Shown here: positions 1-7,810 of the stretch, piece after piece | Layout: each line of letters begins with the position of its first letter | Position numbering within the stretch: position 1 is the first letter of the stretch | Sequence record: SRR22947725_8545 | Direction: 5' to 3' (one strand) | Length of the DNA: 36,148 nt | The notes under the pieces: generated by a model | The model's database searches: none | What the model was told of the DNA's origin: nothing | What the model saw: the letters and a program-made list of their open reading frames with translations, nothing else | Translations under genes and position numbers: made by a program

Positions 1-528
1 TTGAAAGGGCAAGGATCCGGAATCACAGATGAGTATCGTCGCTGGATACTTTCCGGTAGAGAAAGGCATACCCATGCCAGACCGGATAATTTAGGTTATC
101 CCTCCCGTGCCATAAGGACTCACCGATACCTCTATATCAGAAATTTCAATGCAGATTTATGGCCTGCTGGAGATGAATATCATGATATCGACGGCTGTCC
201 CAGTAAGTCATTGCTTGTAAACAACAGTAGCAAACCAGGCTTTCAAAAGTATTTTCAAGCTGCCGTTGGAAAACGGCCGATGGAAGAGTTATTCGATATT
301 CTGCTAGATCCCGGCTGCATGCGTAACCTGGCTTCAAATCCAGGATATGAACAACATCGTAAACATCTGGCGCACCTTTTGGAGCGTGAGCTAAAACGCC
401 AGAGAGATCCACGCATTATCGATGGGGGGCAGGTGTTTGACAGTTACCCCAGATACTCAAGTATGCGCCCTCACCTTGGAGGATTTGCTGAGCGCGGAAA
501 ATATAATCCGGCATTTATTCAGAAATAA
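1..528 (+). CDS. Sulfatase, C-terminal part (N-sulfoglucosamine sulfohydrolase-like); 5'-truncated by the window edge
   Basis: GRERHTHARPDNLGYPSRAIRT, YIRNF and RPMEELFDILLDPGCMRNLA match C-terminal motifs of sulfamidase-like S1 sulfatases. The frame is open from base 1 and the catalytic CxxxR motif lies outside the window. Confidence 0.85.
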   Translation: MKGQGSGITDEYRRWILSGRERHTHARPDNLGYPSRAIRTHRYLYIRNFNADLWPAGDEYHDIDGCPSKSLLVNNSSKPGFQKYFQAAVGKRPMEELFDILLDPGCMRNLASNPGYEQHRKHLAHLLERELKRQRDPRIIDGGQVFDSYPRYSSMRPHLGGFAERGKYNPAFIQK

Positions 529-549
529 TTCGAGGCAATGTGATTGGAG

Positions 550-1206
550 TCAAGAGAGGTAACTTTCAAGCTTGCTTTGATATTTTGCACACTCTTTCTC
601 AATGTTTGCAGCATTCAAAATGGCAGAAACCACGCAGATTCTTTGAGCACCCGCTTGAAGCACCTCGTCCAGATTATCCAAGTTGATGCCACCAATGCAA
701 AACCAAGGGACAGAGACGTTTTTTGATGCCCATCTCACATACTCCAAAGTGACCGGATTTGCTGTTGGTTTTGTTGGTGTGGCAAAGACTGGACCGATGG
801 CAATATAATCTGCTCCTGCACTGATAGCTTTCCTGGCTTGTTCCGGTGCATGGGTGCTCAATCCCAATCTAAGATCGGAACCAACGGTGCAAGCTTGCAG
901 ATCACGAACGTTCTTGTGCCCTGCGTCAAAAAAATCTTCCTGCCCCTGATGCAAGAAGGCATCTGGAATCCGGGAGGCGACACCAAGCTCATCATTAATC
1001 ACCAAATGTACTCCTGCAGCAGAGGTGATAGGTTGGATTATTAATGCAGCTTTCAGGATGCTTTCTGAGCTTGCCTCTTTCATTCGGAGTTGGATGATAT
1101 CCACCCCGCCATTGCAAAGAGCTTTTGCCAGAGCCTCATAACTGCGACCTTGCCTGTAAGCTTCATCAATGAAGCCGTAAAGACGACAATCTTCCAGACT
1201 TCTCAT
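550..1206 (-). CDS. thiE: Thiamine-phosphate synthase
   Basis: TMP-TENI motifs GVDIIQLRMK, LVIND, HQGQED, GLSTH, GADYIAIGPVFATPTK, IGGINLDN and VVSAIL. Confidence 0.93.
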   Translation of the reverse strand: MRSLEDCRLYGFIDEAYRQGRSYEALAKALCNGGVDIIQLRMKEASSESILKAALIIQPITSAAGVHLVINDELGVASRIPDAFLHQGQEDFFDAGHKNVRDLQACTVGSDLRLGLSTHAPEQARKAISAGADYIAIGPVFATPTKPTANPVTLEYVRWASKNVSVPWFCIGGINLDNLDEVLQAGAQRICVVSAILNAANIEKECAKYQSKLESYLS

Positions 1207-1256
1207 CGAAGTGAACTCATTTTGACTCCATTCATTGAAATCTTACTTAGCCTTCA

Positions 1257-2642
1257 CTAAGCCTTGACTTCAATCAATTCTCGACCACCACCACCAAGGA
1301 GTTGGGCTATGAAATTGGTTGTGTAAACACCACGGCGAAAATCAGGGTCCTGTAAAATAGCTTGCTGAAATGGGACTGTCGTCTTGATGCCTGAAATCAT
1401 ACATTCAGACAGTGCTCGACTCATCTTGTTCATCGCGTCACGGCGGTCCTTGCCGTATGCGATCAGTTTTCCGATCATGGAATCGTAATGAGGTGGGATG
1501 GTGTAACCGGCATAAACGTGAGAGTCCAATCTGATTCCTCTTCCTCCAGGGGCATAAAACATGTCTATGCGACCTGGGGATGGACGAAAATCATCAAATG
1601 GGTCCTCTGCATTGATCCTGCATTCAACCGCATGTCCGGTCAGCTTAACGTCACCCTGTGAAATGCGTAGCGGCTCACCCATGGCAATCAGGATTTGTTG
1701 CTGGACGAGATCTATACCAGTGACTTCCTCCGTCACAGGATGTTCTACCTGGATGCGCTTATTGACCTCCAAAAAATAAAATTTGCCCTTTTCATCGACC
1801 ACGAACTCAACAGTGCCAGCATTGGTGTATTTGGCTGCCTCTCCAATTTTTACAGCCGCTCGACTCATCTTTTTTCGAAGATCGCGGAATTGCTTTAGAT
1901 CAAGGAAAGGGGAAGGTGTTTCCTCGATCAGTTTCTGATTACGACGTTGAATTGAGCAATCACGTTCGCCGAGATGAATGATTTTTCCTCTGCCATCACC
2001 AAGGATCTGATACTCAATATGGCGAGGGTTTTCGATGAATTTTTCTATGTAAACCCCTGAGTTGCCAAATGCTTTTTCTGCTTCTGCTCTTGCTGTGCGA
2101 TATCCCTTGAGGAGTGATATATCATTATGAACAACACGCATGCCTTTTCCCCCACCACCAGCGACGGCCTTGATGAGCACGGGATAACCTATTTTTTTGA
2201 CAATTTCCAGAGCTTCCTGTTCGTTGTCAACCAGGCCGTCTGAGCCAGGCGGTGGTTGAACCCCGGCTTTTTTTGCCAAATTACGACTCACTGCCTTGTC
2301 TTCCAATGCGTTCATGGCCTGAGGGGAGGGGCCGATGAAGCGAATGTTGCAGCTTTCGCAGACTTCTGCAAAGTGAGCGTTCTCAGATAAAAAGCCGTAT
2401 CCTGGATGGATGGCGTCAACATCCGCTATTTCAGCGGCACTGATGATACGATCAATTCGTAGATAGCTCTCATGACTTGGGCTTCGGCCGATGCAAATGG
2501 CCTCGTCAGCCATTTGCACATGCATGGAATTGTGATCAGCCTCGGAATACACCGCGACAGATTTTATGTTCAGTTCCTTGCAGGCACGGATAATACGAAC
2601 AGCTATCTCTCCACGATTAGCGACCAGAATCTTTTCAAACAT
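1257..2642 (-). CDS. accC: Acetyl-CoA carboxylase, biotin carboxylase subunit
   Basis: [60 protein letters not shown] and YDSMIGKLI; lies directly downstream of accB. Confidence 0.98.
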   Translation of the reverse strand: MFEKILVANRGEIAVRIIRACKELNIKSVAVYSEADHNSMHVQMADEAICIGRSPSHESYLRIDRIISAAEIADVDAIHPGYGFLSENAHFAEVCESCNIRFIGPSPQAMNALEDKAVSRNLAKKAGVQPPPGSDGLVDNEQEALEIVKKIGYPVLIKAVAGGGGKGMRVVHNDISLLKGYRTARAEAEKAFGNSGVYIEKFIENPRHIEYQILGDGRGKIIHLGERDCSIQRRNQKLIEETPSPFLDLKQFRDLRKKMSRAAVKIGEAAKYTNAGTVEFVVDEKGKFYFLEVNKRIQVEHPVTEEVTGIDLVQQQILIAMGEPLRISQGDVKLTGHAVECRINAEDPFDDFRPSPGRIDMFYAPGGRGIRLDSHVYAGYTIPPHYDSMIGKLIAYGKDRRDAMNKMSRALSECMISGIKTTVPFQQAILQDPDFRRGVYTTNFIAQLLGGGGRELIEVKA

Positions 2643-2724
2643 GGGTGGTTCTTAATGGAATTACCGCTCTACATTCGATAGTTACCCGAAAGTAAAAATT
2701 TTTTGTATTGAGGGAGGGGTGAAA

Positions 2725-3213
2725 TCAGTTGGGTTTAACTTTAAACAATGCTTGCCCGAATTCAACCGGTCTGGCGTTTTCGACCAAAAGCTCAGTGATC
2801 ACTCCACTCTTCTCAGCCTTGATTTCGTTCATAACCTTCATGGCCTCCACTATGCATACAACGGTTTCGGCATTGACTCTAGTTCCCACCTCCACATAAG
2901 CAGGCGAGTCAGGCGAGGGTGAATCATAAAATGTTCCGATCATAGGCGAGCAGATATCCAGATCATTGGAAGATTTTGGTTCAGGATTCTCGGCCTGAAC
3001 TTTTGGAGTCGCTACTTGCGCTGTCGGCTGTATTGGAGGTAGCGCATGGGAAACCGAAGGTGAAATCAAGTAAGGCCCCTCCTCTGAGGCAGATACAGTG
3101 TTGCCTAGGCCACGTTTCAACTTGATTTTAAACTCTTCCTTTTCCATTTCGAATTCCGAAATGGAATTCTTCTTCATTAAATCGACTATTGCTTTGATAT
3201 CCTTTAAATCCAC
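2725..3213 (-). CDS. accB: Acetyl-CoA carboxylase, biotin carboxyl carrier protein
   Basis: Biotinylation motif IVEAMKVMNEI, SPMIGTFY and VEFGQALF, Pro/Ala-rich linker, GTG start. Confidence 0.97.
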   Translation of the reverse strand: MDLKDIKAIVDLMKKNSISEFEMEKEEFKIKLKRGLGNTVSASEEGPYLISPSVSHALPPIQPTAQVATPKVQAENPEPKSSNDLDICSPMIGTFYDSPSPDSPAYVEVGTRVNAETVVCIVEAMKVMNEIKAEKSGVITELLVENARPVEFGQALFKVKPN

Positions 3214-3326
3214 GTCGGACTCCTGGTTAAAGTCTCTTCAAAGATCGGCTTTTCTTCACAGCTTCATATGAAAAAAGCAGCAACCTAAGATGGTACTGCT
3301 CCGATCTACGTTCAAATGTAGGTCAC

Positions 3327-3355
3327 ACACTAAAGTTACTGATGGCCTGCGTCAA
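3327..3355 (-). promoter_or_regulatory. Putative sigma70 promoter for accB-accC-thiE
   Basis: The minus strand reads TTGACG-N17-TAGTGT, about 115 nt upstream of the accB start. Confidence 0.5.
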
Positions 3356-3482
3356 GTGGAAGCTCGATAATCCCCAGTTTATCTGTATGTTCTATGAAGA
3401 ACCAATCACAACAAAATCGGCGAACAGAAGTTTGTATCTGATCGTCGACTCCATTGTTTAGTGAGAAATAAACTACATTTTC

Positions 3483-4565
3483 TTACGCGGAGACTTTTTC
3501 CCTTTCTTCAGTCTGACCAACTGGAAAGATCACCGGCGCATTCTGTTTGTCCATCATGCGCTTCAAACGGTTCAATGCAATATTCTGCAACTGCCGGATT
3601 CTTTCACGGGTTACTCCAAATTCCTGCCCAACTTCTTCAAGAGTTCGTTCTTTTTCGCCATCCAGACCAAAACGGTAGCGTAGGATCCTCGACTCCCTTG
3701 CGTTTAATTTCGAAAGCAGCTGAGTCAGCAAACCCAGAGATGTTTGAAGTTCAAGCTCTTCATATGGATGGTCTGCATTTTCATCTGCTACCCTTTCCTC
3801 AAGACGGGTGCTATCTTCATCGCCCACAGTATCATCTAGAGAGACTGGGCGTGCGGAAGCTCGCCTCATGAGTGCCACGCGACTTGGAGCGATTCCTAGC
3901 TCTCCTGCTATTTCCTCGTCGGATGGTTCTCTCCCCAAAGCCTCCTGTAGCCGTATGGACACATTACGCAACTTGGCTATTTTCTCTACCAAATGTATGG
4001 GTAATCTTATTGTTTTAGACTGATTACTCAAACTTCTCTTGATAGCTTGTTTGATCCACCAGGAACCATAGGTCGAGAATTTAGCTCCTTTTGTGGGATC
4101 AAATTTATCGACAGCCTTCATGAGACCAATGTTTCCTTCATTAATAAGGTCAAGCAATGGTAGTCCAAAACCTTCGTAATCCCGCGCTATTTTAACTACC
4201 AATCTGAGATTTGCGCGTATCATTCTCTCTCGAGCTTGTTCATCTCCTTGCTTGATGAGACCAGCCAGCTCTGCCTCCTCTTTAACAGTCAGCAGGTTTT
4301 CTTCAGCAATTTCTCTGAGATACAAAGCGAATGACGATCTCAAAGGCTGGATATCCGCTGCCTTGGGTTCCAGTGTAGTTTCTCGGTGAACAGTCACTTT
4401 CGTTTCAGCAGACGAGCTGGTTGCGTCTTGCCACTCACGTTGCGCTCCCGAGTCTTTGGTTCTGGAGCTTTTACCTCTGCCTTGCTTTAACATTTGCTGA
4501 GGGTTTGCATTTGATGAACGTCTGACCTTATTTTTTGATGTTTTCTTGCTCGTTGCTAATTTCAT
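3483..4565 (-). CDS. RNA polymerase sigma-70 factor, RpoD/SigA family (group 1/2-like paralog with a basic N-terminal extension)
   Basis: Region 1.2 [16 protein letters not shown]; region 2 [28 protein letters not shown] and [13 protein letters not shown]; region 4 [21 protein letters not shown]. Confidence 0.93.
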   Translation of the reverse strand: MKLATSKKTSKNKVRRSSNANPQQMLKQGRGKSSRTKDSGAQREWQDATSSSAETKVTVHRETTLEPKAADIQPLRSSFALYLREIAEENLLTVKEEAELAGLIKQGDEQARERMIRANLRLVVKIARDYEGFGLPLLDLINEGNIGLMKAVDKFDPTKGAKFSTYGSWWIKQAIKRSLSNQSKTIRLPIHLVEKIAKLRNVSIRLQEALGREPSDEEIAGELGIAPSRVALMRRASARPVSLDDTVGDEDSTRLEERVADENADHPYEELELQTSLGLLTQLLSKLNARESRILRYRFGLDGEKERTLEEVGQEFGVTRERIRQLQNIALNRLKRMMDKQNAPVIFPVGQTEEREKVSA

Positions 4566-4980
4566 AGAATCCTCACTCTCATTCGTTTTCCAAAACCTGT
4601 TATTTCAGATGACTTCGGTCGGCCTATTTGTGTTTCATTTTTTTTTAAGCCGGGCCTGACCAATTTCTACAATTCCCAGTTTACAACCCCTTGACATATT
4701 CAATATTTACTTAAGGTAAGGAAATGTCCAGAAAAAAATTAGACAAAAGTGGAACAAAAAACCCACTGAATACATTATGTCTAATATTTTGTTTAGTTAT
4801 TGTTTGTTTACTGACTTCAACAGCGCCATGAAAACAACTCAATTCTTTCTTTTTAAATAGTTGTGCAGGAATTCAATAATACAACTTGGCTCACCCAGTA
4901 TTCAGTCCTAAATAATCAGGGTATTTATTTTCTCAATGCTGGATTTTAGGGGGATTTTGAGTTTCAATACCCAACTACGT

Positions 4981-6249
4981 ATGAATATTGACTTAGCTTA
5001 TGGAGAGGGAAAGCTTCCGCTGGAATTGCCTGAAGATCGCACGACGGTGATCGAGCCTCGATTCTCCGAAGGAATCGCAGATGAAAAAGCTTCGGTATTG
5101 AATGCCCTGAATCATCCAATAGGCAGACCCTCACTCGCAGAGAATCTACGTCCAGAAGACAAGGTTTGCATCCTTTTCACGGACCTTACCCGAGCCACGC
5201 CAAACGAACGTATCATTCCATGGTTGCTCGAATATCTGGGGGACCATCCAAGGGAGAACATTACATTGCTGAACCAATTGGGAACGCATCGACCGAATAC
5301 CAGAGATGAGTTGATTAAAATGCTCACACCAGAGGTGGTTGACGGGTATCGAGTCATTAATCATAATTGCGAGGATCCATCTCAGTTGATGCAACTAGGG
5401 CAAACAAGTTCAGGTGTGCCTGCATTACTCAATAAACATGCGGTTGAGGCCGATCTCCGTATCGTAACCGGATTCATCGAACCGCATTTCTTTGCAGGAT
5501 TCAGTGGTGGCCCCAAGGGAATAATGCCGGGGGTGGCTGGGCTCGAAACCGTGATGAGTAACCATGGTGTAACTCATATAGGAGATCAAAGAGCGACCTT
5601 TGGTAACACGGATGGTAACCCGCTTTGGGAAGAATTACGTGACATAGCACTCAGAGCCGGGCCTAGTTTTCTTTTGAATGTGACACTCAATCATGATCGC
5701 GACATTACAGCTGTTTTTGCGGGTGATTTAATCGAAGCGCACCGTGCGGGATGCGCGCAGGTTAAAGCAACCGCCATGCAAGCTGTCGATGGGCTGTTTG
5801 ACATCGTTGTGACCACAAACAGTGGTTATCCTCTGGATTTGAATCTGTATCAGGGAGTTAAAGGGATGAGTGCTGGCGCACGTATCCTCAAAGATGGCGG
5901 ATTACTGATCCTTGCATGTGAGTGTCGAGAAGGTGTACCTTTTCAAAGTCCGCTGGACAAATTGCTTCGAAGTGCCAGCAGTCCTGCTGAAATTTTGACC
6001 ATGCTCAGCACACCCGGATTTGTGCGTCCTGAGCAATGGCAGGCTCAAATTCAGGCTCTGATCCAAGCACGTGCAGAGGTAAGGGTGTATAGTTCACTGG
6101 ACGATTCCACACTCGCTGCCGCTCATCTGCAGTCATGCGATGATATACAGCAAACAGTCATCAATCGACTTGCTGAGCTGGGCAGCGAGGCTCGTGTTGC
6201 TGTTTTGCCGCAAGGCCCCCTGACGATTCCCTACCTCTGCGAGCAATAA
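4981..6249 (+). CDS. larA: Nickel-pincer-dependent lactate racemase / alpha-hydroxyacid racemase-epimerase (LarA family)
   Basis: LarA motifs DLTRATP, LGTHRP, EPHFFAGFSGGPKGIMPG, MSNHG and GYPLDLNLYQGVKG. The ATG at 4981 (MNIDLAYG) fits the family N-terminus better than 4936. Confidence 0.9.
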   Translation: MNIDLAYGEGKLPLELPEDRTTVIEPRFSEGIADEKASVLNALNHPIGRPSLAENLRPEDKVCILFTDLTRATPNERIIPWLLEYLGDHPRENITLLNQLGTHRPNTRDELIKMLTPEVVDGYRVINHNCEDPSQLMQLGQTSSGVPALLNKHAVEADLRIVTGFIEPHFFAGFSGGPKGIMPGVAGLETVMSNHGVTHIGDQRATFGNTDGNPLWEELRDIALRAGPSFLLNVTLNHDRDITAVFAGDLIEAHRAGCAQVKATAMQAVDGLFDIVVTTNSGYPLDLNLYQGVKGMSAGARILKDGGLLILACECREGVPFQSPLDKLLRSASSPAEILTMLSTPGFVRPEQWQAQIQALIQARAEVRVYSSLDDSTLAAAHLQSCDDIQQTVINRLAELGSEARVAVLPQGPLTIPYLCEQ

Positions 6250-6317
6250 ATATTTTTTCAGTAACTTACTCACAATGAAACTGAGTCTGGGTTATCCCTC
6301 ATTCAACATACCTCAGA

Positions 6318-6363
6318 ATCATGATCAATAGTTTTGATGCTCATCACAACTATTGATCATGAT
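6318..6363. repeat. 46-nt palindrome with perfect 16-bp arms around a CRP/FNR-like core
   Basis: ATCATGATCAATAGTT (6318-6333) and AACTATTGATCATGAT (6348-6363) are exact reverse complements. The spacer TTGATGCTCATCAC is itself partly palindromic. Confidence 0.9.
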
Positions 6364-6400
6364 GGAAGGTGCCATCGGTAATCCAGTCCTCCCTTCTTTG

Positions 6401-6428
6401 TTGCCAGTGATGTCTCAGCAGGTAGGAT
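6401..6428 (+). promoter_or_regulatory. Putative promoter giving a leaderless transcript of the beta-propeller gene
   Basis: TTGCCA-N16-TAGGAT, followed by 6 nt and then the ATG at 6435. Confidence 0.4.
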
Positions 6429-6434
6429 TCCTTC

Positions 6435-7643
6435 ATGACTCTTGCAAAGATACTCACTCTGCTGTTGATCTGTCCGTTCGTATTGACGGCCGATGATTGG
6501 AAACAGTTTCGGGGACCGTCTGCCACCGGGCTTGCATCGGATCAAGGTATACCAGCTCGCTTGAATGAAGGTCACATTTTGTGGCGCACCTCACTCCCAG
6601 GCCGCGGACTGTCCAGTCCCATTATCGTTGGTAATCAGGTGTTCATCAGTGCCGCTGAAGGCAATGAACAGGACAGGTTAGTAGTCCTGTGCTTCAACGC
6701 TCAAACCGGATTGGAAGAATGGCGCCGTTCTTTTTGGGCAACTGGGCGAACCATGTGTCACGAAAAAACCTGCGTTGCAGCGCCAACCCCAGTCAGCGAT
6801 GGTGATCACCTAGTTGCCGTCTTTTCCTCCAATGATGTTGTCTGTCTGGACTTGAAAGGTAACCTGCAGTGGCTTAGAGGATTGACCATTGATTATCCCA
6901 ATGCTTCAAACAGTCTTGGAATGGCTAGCAGTCCCTTGATCCTGGATGGTGTATTGGTAGCTCAAATCGAAAACGACAGCCAGTCCTTGGCATTGGGAAT
7001 TGATATGACCGATGGTTCGAACAAGTGGTCCATTGCCAGGCCCAAAGGAGCCAATTGGACATCGCCCATCCCTTGGACGCATGCGATCAAGCCTGCTGTT
7101 GCTCTTCAATCTGGCAAAGGAGTTCATTTGGTAGATGTTCACACCGGCGCCGTTCTCTCGGAATATCTTGGTGGTGCGGCTACCATTCCTTCTAGCGTTC
7201 TGGTTGGTTCGATGTTACTGGCGCCTTCTCATGGGATCAGCGCGCTTGACTTATCTTCTGATCTGTCGGAGATCCCACTGCTTTGGCGCTCGCGCGCCTT
7301 GAGTCCTGCGACAGCCAGTCCAATGGTTATGGACAATGCTGTATTTGTTGTTAATCGAGCCGGCGTGCTTACTCGAGGCAGTCTTGAGGGGGGGCGACGG
7401 GAATGGCAATTGAGGCTTAAAGGGCCATTCAGCGCATCTGCAGTTGGATTTGGGACGGTTCAATACTGGGTTAATGAAAAAGGTTTGCTTCAAGTTGTGG
7501 ATGTGGCTCAAGACGAAGGCGCCGTCGTCAGTCAGCTTGATCTTGGCCAACAGGTTCTTGGTACTCCATCTATTGCGAATGGAGGTCTTTACATTCGAAG
7601 TGACAGTACTCTTTGGAAAATAGGAAAAGCGCCTATCCTGTGA
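6435..7643 (+). CDS. Secreted PQQ-binding-like beta-propeller repeat protein (BamB-like family expanded in PVC bacteria)
   Basis: Signal peptide, DWKQFRGP N-terminal motif, repeated W-x...SSP units (GLSSPII, ASSPLI, WTSPI, ASPMV) and terminal GTPSIANGGLYIRS. Confidence 0.88.
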   Translation: MTLAKILTLLLICPFVLTADDWKQFRGPSATGLASDQGIPARLNEGHILWRTSLPGRGLSSPIIVGNQVFISAAEGNEQDRLVVLCFNAQTGLEEWRRSFWATGRTMCHEKTCVAAPTPVSDGDHLVAVFSSNDVVCLDLKGNLQWLRGLTIDYPNASNSLGMASSPLILDGVLVAQIENDSQSLALGIDMTDGSNKWSIARPKGANWTSPIPWTHAIKPAVALQSGKGVHLVDVHTGAVLSEYLGGAATIPSSVLVGSMLLAPSHGISALDLSSDLSEIPLLWRSRALSPATASPMVMDNAVFVVNRAGVLTRGSLEGGRREWQLRLKGPFSASAVGFGTVQYWVNEKGLLQVVDVAQDEGAVVSQLDLGQQVLGTPSIANGGLYIRSDSTLWKIGKAPIL

Positions 7644-7810
7644 TCAGGTCAATTGAATCGTTATATCCAGCATGAAATCACCTGTTTTATCGTTGCGGTG
7701 TGCATCCGCAAGTCGCTTTACGTTACCTCCGCAGCCAATTTCTTGAATGAGAAGGGTTGTTATTCCTCTCAAATTTGCATGAAATCTGCTCATCTTTGTT
7801 CGGTAACAAG

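Noticed and set aside
550-1256. TPP riboswitch upstream of thiE
   Set aside because: Only 50 nt separate accC and thiE, and no CTGAGA core is present.
4691-4717. TTGACA as a promoter -35 for larA
   Set aside because: The nearest TAnnnT is at a 15-nt spacing and the region is AT-rich, so a chance match is likely.
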